Shown here piece by piece: positions 26,835-37,074 of a stretch of DNA of 64,000 nucleotides (positions within the stretch are counted from its first letter, which is position 1; each line of letters starts with the position of its first letter). The translations under genes were made by a program, and so were the position numbers. Source of the stretch: Acidimicrobiales bacterium (lineage in GTDB: Bacteria; Actinomycetota; Acidimicrobiia; Acidimicrobiales; Aldehydirespiratoraceae); the NCBI GenBank assembly GCA_029263215.1, contig JAJCXY010000108.1, forward strand, positions 2,135-66,134. The letters are read 5' to 3'. A model generated the notes under the pieces. The model saw only the letters and a list, made by a program, of their open reading frames with translations. It searched no databases and had not been told where the DNA came from.

Positions 26835-27554
26835 TCAGAGCAGGAGCACACCCAGACGCACGCTGTAGCCCCCCATCACGGTCCAGAACAGCACCGTGAA
26901 GGTCTGTTCACCCGCCCTCTCATTGAGCGTCGAGCCAGTCCAGGTGCCGAGTGCCATCAGAGGAATAGCGGCAACCGCGATCAGCACGGACGTCCGGCCC
27001 AGCAGTTGACCATCGGCGAAGATAGCGGTCTTGGTCGCATCGCCGGCAAACGATGCCAGCGATGCGGCCCCTACGAAGTGACGGCGATCGAGATCAAGGT
27101 TCCGAATCGCTACCCCCTTCAGCGGACCCGACGTCCCCGAGAAGCCGCTCGAGGCACCCGATACCAGGGCAAGGAAGGGAGCAAACCCTGTCTGCACTGG
27201 TTTCAGGTTGAACCGCTCCACGGCAACGGATGCCGCGAACATCGTGACCACGCCCACCGTCACCCATACCGTCGGTGCCTTGACGAGAAGGGTCGATCCG
27301 AGCGCGGCGCCGATGACGATGAGCACGGTGATGCCCGCTGCCGCCCGGAACGGAAGGGTGCGGCGGTAGGCGACGATCTTGACGACATTGTTGCTGGCAA
27401 GCAGCAAGGCAGCCAGGGCTACGCCGTCCTTCGATCCGAGAAACAAGGCGAGGGTCGGAACGAGCAGGAGGGAGCCACCCAGCCCCGCCGACGCAGAAAC
27501 CGTGAAGGATGCGAAGACGAGGGCGAGAACCCCAACCGTCACCAAGATGTCCAA
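26835..27554 (-). CDS. sulfite exporter TauE/SafE family membrane protein
   Basis: LALVFASFTVSASAGLGGSLLLVPTLALFLG and SGFSGTSGPLKGV are TauE-like repeats. TTG start at 27554 (or GTG at 27542), directly after the upstream stop at 27559..27561. Confidence 0.75.
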   Translation of the reverse strand: MDILVTVGVLALVFASFTVSASAGLGGSLLLVPTLALFLGSKDGVALAALLLASNNVVKIVAYRRTLPFRAAAGITVLIVIGAALGSTLLVKAPTVWVTVGVVTMFAASVAVERFNLKPVQTGFAPFLALVSGASSGFSGTSGPLKGVAIRNLDLDRRHFVGAASLASFAGDATKTAIFADGQLLGRTSVLIAVAAIPLMALGTWTGSTLNERAGEQTFTVLFWTVMGGYSVRLGVLLL

Positions 27555-27558
27555 TTGG

Positions 27559-30500
27559 CTAGGTCCCGATGAAACCGATGCCAAGCGATGAGATCTGCTC
27601 GTTGAGCGCGGCCAGATCGCCGTCGCACAACGCACCGAGGGCGGCCAGTTGCTCGTCAGTCTGGCCGGCGAGCTTCTCGTAGACCTGGTGGGACTGACGC
27701 GTCGGCGCGCTGTCGGCGCTGGCCACGACAGGCGGCAGCGCACTGAGCTTCTCGAACAGCTTCTCGCGGTAGTTGAGCGAGTCGCCGGGGGAGGTGAACT
27801 CGGCCTGCACCAGTTCCGCCTCGACCGCGTCGAGCTTCTCGGTGAGACCTGCCGCCGCGGCGGTGATCTCTTCGGCACTGTCACCGAGACGGTCGGTCAA
27901 GCCGGCCAGCTGCTTCTTGAGCTCGCGACTCGTGTTGACCCCGGTGGCGATGTCGGAGATCTTGTTCCGAATCGTGACCAGCAGATCGAACTGCTCGGCC
28001 AGGTCGGCTTCACTCGTGGTGACTCGGGGATCCAGCACCAGGGTGAAGCTCTGGGTCATCGACCAATCGCCCGCGGTCAGCTTGGCGCTGTACTCGCCGG
28101 GCTTCGCCAATGGGCCGCCGGGACGGTCATGGAACTTGGTATCGACCATCTTCTCGCCGGAGGGGTAGGTCATCGGCCACTGGAAGCTGTTCATCCCCGC
28201 GTCGGCCGTGATGTAGAGCCCCTCACGGTCGTCCTTGTCGTCGGGGATCTCGCTCGAGAAGGTGTCGACTTCATCGCCGTTGCTGTCGAGGATCGAGAGA
28301 GTGGCTTCGCCGTCGGGTGCCTCAGGGAGGAAATAGGTGACGCGAACTCCGCGCTGGATGTCTTCTCCGGCATCGAGGAGGCGCTTGGTCTTGTGGCCGG
28401 TGTCGGCTTCCTCGGCATAGAAGGTGGCGTTCTGGCCGATGGTGACGTGGTAGTTCTTGCCACCCGGAGTGCCCCAGAAGCCGGCGAACAGGTGATCTGG
28501 TGCCCGCACCGCATCGCGCGGCTGGAACAGATGAGCATCTGTGCCGGTGAGCTCGTCGTGGAGCTGATGGAGCTGGGTGAGATCGTCGAGGATCCAAAAG
28601 GACCGACCGTGGGTAGCGACCACCATGTCGGTGCCCTTGATCACGAGGTCGTAGACCGGACTGACCGGCAGATTCGCTTGCAGCGATTGCCAGTTGGCGC
28701 CGTCGTCGAAGGAGACGTAGAGCCCGAGTTCGGTGCCCACATACAGCAATCCCTCGCGGTTCGGATCTTCTCGAATGACGCGACAGAAGTCGTTGCCGGG
28801 AAGGCCGCTGGTGATCTGTGTCCATGAGGTGCCGAGATCGTCGGTCTTGTACACGTAGGGCGCGTAGTCGCCCATCTTGTGACGAGCGACGGTCATGTAG
28901 ACCGTGCCCGCATTGTGAGGCGACTCCGCGAGCATCGTGACCTGGGAGAACTTCGGAAGATCGGGCGGAGTGACGTTCTGCCAATCGTCGCCGTCGTTGA
29001 GGCTCACGTGCACGAGTCCGTCGTCGGATCCAGCCATTAGCACGCCGGGCCGATGGGCCGAGGCGATGAAAGAGAAGATCGTGGCGTACATCTCCGCGCC
29101 GGCGGTGTCCATGGTGAGGGGGCCGGAGACACCCATCGTGTCGGGGTCGGCGTAGGTGAGGTCGGGACTGATCGCGTCCCAACTGTGGCCTTCATCGGTG
29201 GACCGGAAGACCTTGTTGCCGGTGGCGTACAGGGTGTTTGTGTCCTGGGGCGAGAAGACGATCGGGTAGGTCCACTGGAAGCGGACCTCTGAGGTGTTGC
29301 CATCGTGGTAGGCCTCGGGCCACACGCTGACGAGCTGGATCTGCTTGGTGGTGTGGTCGTAGCGCTGGAGTGCGTCGCCACCGCCGGGGGAGCTCCCGAT
29401 GGCGCCGACGTAGACGATGTTGGGATCGTCTGGTTTGGGCGCGATGTAGCCGCTTTCAGCGGTGCCGGGTGCGTAGCAGTTGGCCCATGTGATCGCTCCG
29501 AGCCCGCTCTGGCTGGGCACGGCGATGCTGGAGTTGTCCTGCTGGGAGCCGTAGACCAGATATGGATACTGGTCGTCGGTCGCCACATGGTAGAGCTGGG
29601 CGGTGAGCTGGTTGTAGATCGTCGACCAGGAGTCGCCCGCGTTGAGTGACACGAAGGCTCCGCCGTCGTCGCAGCCGATCATCCGGTCGGGGTTGGTCGG
29701 GTCTATCCAGAGTCCGTGGGTGTCGCCGTGGGGAGTGTGGAACTCCTCGAATTCTTTGCCGCCATCGACCGACTTCCATGCCTTCATGTTCATCACGAAC
29801 ACGGTTTCGGGGTCGGTGGGGTGGGCGGTGACGTGCTGGTAGTACCAGGGCCGCCAGCCCAGTTCGGGCTTGGACGACACCTTGGTCCAGGTGTCGCCGG
29901 TGTCGTCGGAGCGGTAAAGGCCGCGCTTGCGCCCCTCGGCTTCGATCATCGCCCAGACTCGTCCGGACTGGGCCGGTGAGATCGCTACGCCCATCTTGCC
30001 GAGCGTCCCGTCGGGCATTCCGTCGTTCCCGCTGACGTCTTCCCACGTGTCGCCACCATCGCGCGAGCGCCAAAGCCCACAGTCGGGGCCGCCGCTGTCG
30101 ATCGACCAAAAGGTGCGTCGGGCCTGCCAGATGGTGGCGAAGAGGACGCGAGGATTGGTGGGGTCGATCGACACGTCGACCGCGCCGGCACCCTCGCTCA
30201 CGTGCAGGACGAGCTCCCAGTTCTCGCCGCCGTCGCTCGACCGGTAGAGGCCCCGCTCGGCGTTGTCCTTCGACATGTGACCGAGGGCTGCGACGTAGAC
30301 GAGGTCGGGGTCGTCGGGATGAACGGCGATCCTCCCGATGTGGCGTGATTCCTCGAGGCCCATGTGCCGCCAGTTGAGGCCGGCATCGGTGGATCGGTAG
30401 ACGCCGTCGCCGTGGCTGACGTCGAGACGGATGGTCGACTCGCCTGTCCCGGCGTAGACCACATTGGGATCAGATGGCGCAACTGCCAGTGCCCCTATCG

Positions 30501-30705
30501 AAGCGGTGTTGAACTGGCCATCGGACACGTTCTCCCAGTACTGGCCCGCGTCTTCGGACTTCCATACGCCGCCGGCGCAGGCGCCGAAGTAGAAGACCGC
30601 CTGGTTCTGGGGATCAGCTGCGACCGCCACCACACGTCCACCCCTGGTGGGGCCGATGCAGCGATAGCGGACCTGGCTCAGAAAAGTCGGATCGATGGTC
30701 GACAC
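27559..30705 (-). CDS. BNR/sortilin (VPS10)-type repeat protein, GH74-like tandem beta-propeller
   Basis: 1048-aa ORF with many S-x-D-x-G-x-x-W Asp-box repeats (WKSEDAGQYW, YRSTDAGLNW, YRSSDGGENW, WRSRDGGDTW, YRSDDTGDTW, KSVDGGKEF, FRSTDEGHSW, YKTDDLGTSW). No N-terminal signal peptide is visible. Confidence 0.85.
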   Translation of the reverse strand: MSTIDPTFLSQVRYRCIGPTRGGRVVAVAADPQNQAVFYFGACAGGVWKSEDAGQYWENVSDGQFNTASIGALAVAPSDPNVVYAGTGESTIRLDVSHGDGVYRSTDAGLNWRHMGLEESRHIGRIAVHPDDPDLVYVAALGHMSKDNAERGLYRSSDGGENWELVLHVSEGAGAVDVSIDPTNPRVLFATIWQARRTFWSIDSGGPDCGLWRSRDGGDTWEDVSGNDGMPDGTLGKMGVAISPAQSGRVWAMIEAEGRKRGLYRSDDTGDTWTKVSSKPELGWRPWYYQHVTAHPTDPETVFVMNMKAWKSVDGGKEFEEFHTPHGDTHGLWIDPTNPDRMIGCDDGGAFVSLNAGDSWSTIYNQLTAQLYHVATDDQYPYLVYGSQQDNSSIAVPSQSGLGAITWANCYAPGTAESGYIAPKPDDPNIVYVGAIGSSPGGGDALQRYDHTTKQIQLVSVWPEAYHDGNTSEVRFQWTYPIVFSPQDTNTLYATGNKVFRSTDEGHSWDAISPDLTYADPDTMGVSGPLTMDTAGAEMYATIFSFIASAHRPGVLMAGSDDGLVHVSLNDGDDWQNVTPPDLPKFSQVTMLAESPHNAGTVYMTVARHKMGDYAPYVYKTDDLGTSWTQITSGLPGNDFCRVIREDPNREGLLYVGTELGLYVSFDDGANWQSLQANLPVSPVYDLVIKGTDMVVATHGRSFWILDDLTQLHQLHDELTGTDAHLFQPRDAVRAPDHLFAGFWGTPGGKNYHVTIGQNATFYAEEADTGHKTKRLLDAGEDIQRGVRVTYFLPEAPDGEATLSILDSNGDEVDTFSSEIPDDKDDREGLYITADAGMNSFQWPMTYPSGEKMVDTKFHDRPGGPLAKPGEYSAKLTAGDWSMTQSFTLVLDPRVTTSEADLAEQFDLLVTIRNKISDIATGVNTSRELKKQLAGLTDRLGDSAEEITAAAAGLTEKLDAVEAELVQAEFTSPGDSLNYREKLFEKLSALPPVVASADSAPTRQSHQVYEKLAGQTDEQLAALGALCDGDLAALNEQISSLGIGFIGT

Positions 30706-30814
30706 GTGTCGGTTCCCTTCGGTGTAGCAACGTTGAGCTGATCAGAACACACTTCTCCTCACGTCCGCTACCCGAGATGAGAACAAGGGCCGGCGAAGTG
30801 CCAGACTCACTGCC

Positions 30815-33800
30815 ATGTGGACCTTCCTGGCTGGCTGGCGTGTCGTCGTCAAGCGTGCAGCCGCGGACCGTCTTGTACTTGGAGCTGTCGGGATAACGGT
30901 GGCGCTGGCCACCACCCTTCTCGCGATCGGGCCGATCTATTCAGAGGCGGTGGCGCTCAGCGCGCTGCAGAGGACGCTCCAGCAAACCCCCGCCGACGAA
31001 GCCAACCTCGAGATCGGCGTACTGGTGAAGCCCGAAAGCGTCTCCGACGCCGGTGAGCTCGCAACCCCGGAGATCGATCGAACGTTTTCATCGGTGGATC
31101 ATGAGATCTACGAGAGTCTGATCTCTGAATCGTTCAGCTTGCCGCAACAGGCCGACGACGGAGCCGTCGACATCGCCTTCTTCCAGTACATGGAAGGCAT
31201 CGAAGATCACGCCTCCCTCGCCGACGGTGTCTGGCCCCAGCGGGTCGACGGCGGCCAGCAGGTGGCGGTGTCTGACCGCTTGGCGGCCGAGCTCGACCTT
31301 TCCGTGGGTGATCAGATTCCCATGTCGAGTCGCCTCAGGCCCGCGGAGCAACGAAGGCCGGTGATCGTCGGGATCTACGAGGCCACCGGTGTCGGCGATC
31401 CCTTCTGGTTCGACGATCCGGTGGGCCTGCAGGGAGTGACCCGCTCGGTCTCGTTCGACACGTTCGGACCTTTCATTGTGGACCGAGAGACCCTGCTGAG
31501 TGACATCGCCGTGGTGAACACACGTCTTCGTTGGCGTGTCTTCGTCGACAGCGAGACGATCACCGTCGATGATCTACCGATACTCATCGGGAGCCTCCGA
31601 TCACTCGAGGGTCGGCTCAATGCGGTGACGGGGGAGACGCTCGGTTCGGGTGGGGGTGAGTATCAGGGATTCGGTGTGGAGTCCCGTTTACGTCCCATCC
31701 TGCTCGAGGCCGAGCGATCCTTGACCGTCACCCGGTCGGGTGTGCTGATGCTCTCGATCCAGCTTTCGATCCTTGCCGGCGTGGCGCTCATGTTTATCGC
31801 CGGCCTTCTCGTCGAGACTCGTCGGACGGAAACCGACCTGCTCCGGTCGCGTGGCGCAACCAGCCGCCAGGTTCTCGGGATGGCCTTGATGGAAGGTGGT
31901 TTGCTCACCGTCCCTGTTGCCTTGTTGGCGCCCTGGTTGGCGGTGCTCGCGCTCTCGCTGCTCAACCACGTGGGGCCCCTCACAGCCATCGGCCTCGACC
32001 TCGATCCGAAGCCAGTCGGCGCCGCCTACATCCTCTCGTTCGTAGCTGCGCTGGGGTGCGTCACGGTTCTTGCGTTGCCTGCCTATCGATCGGCCAGGTC
32101 GTTCAGCGATTCCTACGTGTCCCGAGGTCGCCAGCAGTCCCGAAGTGAGCTTCAGAGGAGGGGATTCGATCTCGCACTGGTGGCTCTTGCGGCCCTGGGG
32201 TTCTGGCAGTTGAGCATTCACCGAGAAACGATCACGGCGGGCGTCCGCGGGCGATTCGGTGTCGACCCCTTGCTGATCGGTGCACCGGCGATCGGCCTTG
32301 CGGCCGGGGCAATACTCGCTCTTCGCGCTCTTCCTGCCTTGGCAGGAATGGCCGACAAGCTCACGGCGTCGGCCCGGTCCACCGTGCCCGCGCTTTCGGC
32401 CTGGCAGATAGCGCGTCGGCCGCGTCGCTACGCGAGGTCGGCGCTGCTGCTGATCATGGCTGTCAGCATCGGCTTTTTCGCGGCGTCGTTCACGTCGACG
32501 TGGACTCGATCACAAAAGGACCAGGCAGCGTTCGAGGTCGGAGCTGATCTGAGAGTCACGCCGAACCGGAGAATCGGGCAGTCGATAACCGACCTGCACC
32601 TCGGCGATGCACTGATGGGCGTCGAATCGATCCGTTCGACGATGCCGGTGCTACGTATGTCGGGCGGGGGAGGCGGCAGCGACTCCATTCGTCGCTTCGT
32701 CGTTCTCGACGCGTCGCTAGCGGGTGATGTTGCTCTCGTGCGAGATGATCTCGGCCCCGACTTCTCAGCCGCCATGGATCTCCTCGCCGCGGGGCGGCCG
32801 ACCTTGCCGTCGGTTCCCTTGCCGGGAACTCCGATACGAGTAGCGGCGACGATTGGCGTTGAACTGGAGCCGCTCCCCGAAGATCTCGAAGTTCCCGAGG
32901 GTGCCAGCATCTGCTTTTGCCCTTCGGTGAGACTGATTCTCCAAGATGCCGATGGACTGTTGCATCGAGTCGACCTGGGAACGCTTGGCACCGAGGCCGA
33001 CCTGGGCATGCAGACCCTGCAAGCCCACCTGGTACTGGCCGGTGTTGATGGACAGGAACTCGCCCCGAGATATCCGATCTCGCTGATCGACGTCGAGGTC
33101 CGGTCTCCGACACCCCAAGACATTGGCCGCGAAGCCACGGTCACCTTCGGCGGTGTCTTCGTGAGTGCCGAAGCAACCGGCGACAACTGGACGCTCACTA
33201 CCGAACGGCTGGATCGACAATCGTGGGCGGTGCAGGCGACCCCTGTCGCAGATGCCTTTCAGCAGCCGTCGATTCTGCCTGGAGCGGAAGTCGATGATGG
33301 GTTGGAGGTGCGGATAACCACAGGACGTATCTCCGGCCAGTTCCCGCTGCCGGCGTTCTTCAGTATCAGGCCGGCGGGGGAGGTCGACCCCCGGCCGCTT
33401 CCCATCGTGACCACCCGTCGATTCGTCGGCGAGGCAGGGTCGATGGTGGGCGATGCCGTCCGCCTGTCAAGCCTGCCACTCACTCGTGACGCGGCCCAGA
33501 TAGTCGCGACCATCGAGGATTTCCCCACTGTCGACCCGGGGGGAGGCGAGGCCATCCTGATCGATCTCCCGACCTTCCAGATGGTGAATCATGGACCGGG
33601 CCGCGACATCGCTGTGATCGACGAATACTGGCTCAGCACCGAAGGGGCACCGACCAATGCGGCGGCCGTCGCCCTGACCGAGTCGCCGATAGAGGCTGTG
33701 GAGGTGATTGACGGCGCTGAGGTCGCGGACCTCAAGCGCACCGATCCGATTGCGCTCGGCACGATCGGCTCGCTGGCGTTGGGATTTGTCGCGGCCGCGG

Positions 33801-34183
33801 TTTTCGCGGTTGTCGGGTTCGCGGTCAGCGCCGCGATCTCCGCACGCGAACGGGTTGCCGAGTTTGCCCTCCTGAGAGCATTGGGTCTCTCCAATGGCCA
33901 ACTCGGCTCATGGCTGGCTCTCGAGCAGACGGCCTTGGTGGTGCTGAGCCTTGGAATAGGAACTTCGATCGGGTTGCTTCTCTCGTGGGTGGTGCTGCCG
34001 CTCGTAATGGTGACGCAGGCAGGGGCTGCACCGGTTCCCGCGACGGTCCTGGTGTTTCCCTGGACCACCGTGCTTCTCATCGACTTAGCCGTGGTCCTGT
34101 CGCTGGTCGCCATCGTGGCCGTCCTGATGGTTCTCCTCAGGCGACTGGGCGTCAGCTCTCTTCTGAGGGTGGGCATCGAATGA
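30815..34183 (+). CDS. ABC transporter permease, large FtsX/MacB-type (duplicated FtsX domains with long extracytoplasmic regions)
   Basis: 1122-aa ORF with an N-terminal TM span, long soluble segments and two 3-4 TM bundles. LLRSRGATSRQVLGMALMEG and FALLRALGLSNGQLGSWLALEQ are FtsX-type cytoplasmic helices. Confidence 0.8.
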   Translation: MWTFLAGWRVVVKRAAADRLVLGAVGITVALATTLLAIGPIYSEAVALSALQRTLQQTPADEANLEIGVLVKPESVSDAGELATPEIDRTFSSVDHEIYESLISESFSLPQQADDGAVDIAFFQYMEGIEDHASLADGVWPQRVDGGQQVAVSDRLAAELDLSVGDQIPMSSRLRPAEQRRPVIVGIYEATGVGDPFWFDDPVGLQGVTRSVSFDTFGPFIVDRETLLSDIAVVNTRLRWRVFVDSETITVDDLPILIGSLRSLEGRLNAVTGETLGSGGGEYQGFGVESRLRPILLEAERSLTVTRSGVLMLSIQLSILAGVALMFIAGLLVETRRTETDLLRSRGATSRQVLGMALMEGGLLTVPVALLAPWLAVLALSLLNHVGPLTAIGLDLDPKPVGAAYILSFVAALGCVTVLALPAYRSARSFSDSYVSRGRQQSRSELQRRGFDLALVALAALGFWQLSIHRETITAGVRGRFGVDPLLIGAPAIGLAAGAILALRALPALAGMADKLTASARSTVPALSAWQIARRPRRYARSALLLIMAVSIGFFAASFTSTWTRSQKDQAAFEVGADLRVTPNRRIGQSITDLHLGDALMGVESIRSTMPVLRMSGGGGGSDSIRRFVVLDASLAGDVALVRDDLGPDFSAAMDLLAAGRPTLPSVPLPGTPIRVAATIGVELEPLPEDLEVPEGASICFCPSVRLILQDADGLLHRVDLGTLGTEADLGMQTLQAHLVLAGVDGQELAPRYPISLIDVEVRSPTPQDIGREATVTFGGVFVSAEATGDNWTLTTERLDRQSWAVQATPVADAFQQPSILPGAEVDDGLEVRITTGRISGQFPLPAFFSIRPAGEVDPRPLPIVTTRRFVGEAGSMVGDAVRLSSLPLTRDAAQIVATIEDFPTVDPGGGEAILIDLPTFQMVNHGPGRDIAVIDEYWLSTEGAPTNAAAVALTESPIEAVEVIDGAEVADLKRTDPIALGTIGSLALGFVAAAVFAVVGFAVSAAISARERVAEFALLRALGLSNGQLGSWLALEQTALVVLSLGIGTSIGLLLSWVVLPLVMVTQAGAAPVPATVLVFPWTTVLLIDLAVVLSLVAIVAVLMVLLRRLGVSSLLRVGIE

Positions 34184-37074
34184 GAAGAGCGCATCGCCGC
34201 CGCACCCCGGGCATTGGAGTCCGAATGATGGCCCGCCAGCTCAGGGCCGACCCCGCGGTGATGAGCACGATCGTGGCCGCGGTGTTCCTGTGCGGATTGT
34301 TCCTCACCGCCACGCCCCTGCTCTTTACGAAGCTGGCCGACGAGGCCTTGGTGGAGGCAGTGTCCACTCCGGAGCCCCAGCTCAGGAACATAAGTGCCTC
34401 GCTCGATTCGCTGATAGGTGCCTCGTCTGTCGACGACCCGTTGAGGCGGGTGCGGGAACGGGGTGAGATCTTCACCGATGCACAGATGCCCGAGTCGGTC
34501 CAGGAGATCATCGAGGACCAAACCTGGGTCGTGGATAGTCCCCAGTTCGTCGTTGATGCAATGCCCGGTAGCAGCGCCCGGCCGCAGTTTTCTGGGAGCC
34601 GATTCGCCGGGACTCTCATGCGTTTCAGATATCAGGAAGATCTCGACGATCGGGTGAGCCTCATCGCCGGTTCTTTTCCCGAGCGTCATGAACCGGTTGC
34701 CGTCGAGCTCGGGCATGACTGCCTCGACCCCGAGATCGACGAGGACGACGAGGGCTTCGATTGTGCCGAAGTGGATGTGCCGGTCTTCGAGGTCGCTATC
34801 ACCACCGAAACCCTCGAGTTTCTCCCGGTCCCCGTGGGTGGGATGCTGCTCTTGACGCCGGACCTCGACGACACGGCCTATTTCGGTATTCCAGGGGAGG
34901 ACCTCGAGTACGCCGTGGCTCTGAAGATCTCAGGGCTCATCGAGATCCGCGACCCGGACGACGACTTCTGGTTCAACGACCCGCGTCTTCAGGAACCCCG
35001 AATCCGGACCAACGCCGACTTCACCTTCGTGTTCGCCACCGGCTTGATGAGCCCCGACGACTACCGCCGACTCCTGAGGGAGACGGGCTTGGCGCACTGG
35101 ACCTACCAGTGGCGCTTCTTCGTCGACTCCGACCTGATTCGCCAGGACACAGTGGATCAGCTCGTGACCGACCTCGTCGGCTTACAGCGAGATGCCCCGG
35201 CATCGAGCTTCTCCGCGAGCGGACACATCGGGATCAACACCAAGCTGCCGACGTTCGTGGCCGACTATCGCGACCGTCGAGATGCCACGCTGGCGATGAT
35301 GTCCACCTCGATCGCCGGGCTGTTCGTTCTCACGGTGGCCCTGATCCTCATGTTGTCGGCGTTGGCGAGTGACCGCCAGCGGTCGGGCCTCGTGCTGTTG
35401 AGAAACCGCGGCGCGTCCCGGCTCCAGATGGGTGTGACCCGCGCGACACAGGGCTTGGTTCTCACCATTCCGCCGGCAGTTCTGGCCTTCGTGCTCAGCA
35501 GGGTATTCATCGACGCGTCCTCCGACACTCCCCGCATGCTCACCAGCGGACTCATTGCGGCCGCGACCCTTGCCTTCGTGCTCGCCGCCGGTCCCGTGAT
35601 CTTCGCAAGTCTCGGGATGTTGCAAACCAACCGGGGTCGAGCGGGCCCGCGATCTGAGCACCGGCTCGCGTGGGAGGTGCTGGTGGGCTTCTCCGCAGTC
35701 GTGGCGCTGGTTGTCGTGCGCCGGCGGGGGGTTGTGGGCACCGCAGGGCGTGAAGCTGATCTACTCCTCGCGTTGACCCCCGCTCTGTTGGCCCTGGCCG
35801 TGGGCCTGCTGGTGATGCGGCTCTACCCCCACCTCATGAGGCTCCTGGCGTATATGGGGTCTCGTCGTCGGAGTCTCACGCTCTTTGTCGGGTTTCGACG
35901 CGTTCTGCAGCAGCCGACGGCGGCTCGTCTTCCCATGCTGGTGATGCTCATCGCAGTGGTGGTTGCCACGTACGCGTCGGTCACACGGATCTCGATCAAT
36001 GATATTCAGATCGAGGAGTCCTGGCAGGAGAGCGGCGCCGCGTATCGCATGAGTGAGCCCGACCCGGGTAGCACACTCACCGGGTTTCCCGACTTCAGCA
36101 GACTTGATTCGTTCGAAGCCCAGGCCGCAGGCGTTAGGTTCGTCGACTCCCACACCCTCGATGATGGGCGTGTGCCCCCCACTGTCGACCTCTTGTTTCT
36201 CGAGATTGATGAATATTCCGCGGTCGCCCGCTCGACTCCGTCGGATCCTCACTTTCCCCGTTTCATGGTCGATCCTCCGTCGCTGGGCGCGGGTACCGAG
36301 CTCACCCCGATCCCCGCCATCGTCTCGGAGGTCTGGGGAGCAGGCACCCCAGAAGTCGGCGACGTGTTCGCAACCAATCTCGGTGGAGGGTTGGTTTACT
36401 TCGAGATCGGCGAAGTGCGAGACAGGTTCCCCGCGATGCCGGTCGACAGGGCGACGGTGGTGATCGACATCCGTCATCTTGATGCTCTGGTGAGATCGAC
36501 GCTCACCCGTCCCACCGTCATCTATGTGCGTGCCGGTCCCTCCGACAGCGAGGAGATCACCGATCTCGTGAGTACCCAGACGCTGGGATCTGTGGTCATT
36601 TCGCAGGCGGCTCTTCTCGAAGAGGTCCACGAAGAACGCTTCACCTCGGGCCTCGACCAGGGTCTGTCGGTCACCTTTTGGCTGGCGATGCTGCTGGCGG
36701 CGGTCGGTGCCGTTTCGTCGCTCGCCCTCGGCTCATGGACTCGAAAGCAGGACCTGGGGTATCTGAGAACCCAGGGGCTGGATCGGTCGCAAGCCGTTTG
36801 GTTGACCGTGATCGAGCAGCTCCCCGCAGTCGTGGTGGCCTCCGCGGTGGGGGTGTTCGCGGGCGTTGTCGTGGCGGTGGTGCTGGAGCCGACGGTAAGC
36901 CTCGCCGCCTTCACCAGCGGCACCCTTGCTGGGGGGATTTCCATCGATCCGCTGCCGATAGTGTTGGCAGCATCGGGGGTGGTTCTGGGTCTCACGCTGG
37001 TCTCGGGTATCTTTGGATATGTCAGGCGCCACGAGGATCTGGGCGGACTCCTTCGAGCAGGTGGTGAGAGATGA
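34180..37074 (+). CDS. ABC transporter permease, large FtsX/MacB-type (second paralogous subunit)
   Basis: The ATG overlaps the upstream stop (ATGA at 34180..34183). Architecture matches the first permease, with LLRNRGASRLQMGVTRATQG and LGYLRTQGLDRSQAVWLTVIEQ. Confidence 0.8.
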   Translation: MRRAHRRRTPGIGVRMMARQLRADPAVMSTIVAAVFLCGLFLTATPLLFTKLADEALVEAVSTPEPQLRNISASLDSLIGASSVDDPLRRVRERGEIFTDAQMPESVQEIIEDQTWVVDSPQFVVDAMPGSSARPQFSGSRFAGTLMRFRYQEDLDDRVSLIAGSFPERHEPVAVELGHDCLDPEIDEDDEGFDCAEVDVPVFEVAITTETLEFLPVPVGGMLLLTPDLDDTAYFGIPGEDLEYAVALKISGLIEIRDPDDDFWFNDPRLQEPRIRTNADFTFVFATGLMSPDDYRRLLRETGLAHWTYQWRFFVDSDLIRQDTVDQLVTDLVGLQRDAPASSFSASGHIGINTKLPTFVADYRDRRDATLAMMSTSIAGLFVLTVALILMLSALASDRQRSGLVLLRNRGASRLQMGVTRATQGLVLTIPPAVLAFVLSRVFIDASSDTPRMLTSGLIAAATLAFVLAAGPVIFASLGMLQTNRGRAGPRSEHRLAWEVLVGFSAVVALVVVRRRGVVGTAGREADLLLALTPALLALAVGLLVMRLYPHLMRLLAYMGSRRRSLTLFVGFRRVLQQPTAARLPMLVMLIAVVVATYASVTRISINDIQIEESWQESGAAYRMSEPDPGSTLTGFPDFSRLDSFEAQAAGVRFVDSHTLDDGRVPPTVDLLFLEIDEYSAVARSTPSDPHFPRFMVDPPSLGAGTELTPIPAIVSEVWGAGTPEVGDVFATNLGGGLVYFEIGEVRDRFPAMPVDRATVVIDIRHLDALVRSTLTRPTVIYVRAGPSDSEEITDLVSTQTLGSVVISQAALLEEVHEERFTSGLDQGLSVTFWLAMLLAAVGAVSSLALGSWTRKQDLGYLRTQGLDRSQAVWLTVIEQLPAVVVASAVGVFAGVVVAVVLEPTVSLAAFTSGTLAGGISIDPLPIVLAASGVVLGLTLVSGIFGYVRRHEDLGGLLRAGGER

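Noticed and set aside
27649-28827. 392-aa plus-strand ORF inside the BNR gene
   Set aside because: It is the antisense shadow of a 1048-aa gene with repeated Asp-box motifs and shows no motifs of its own.
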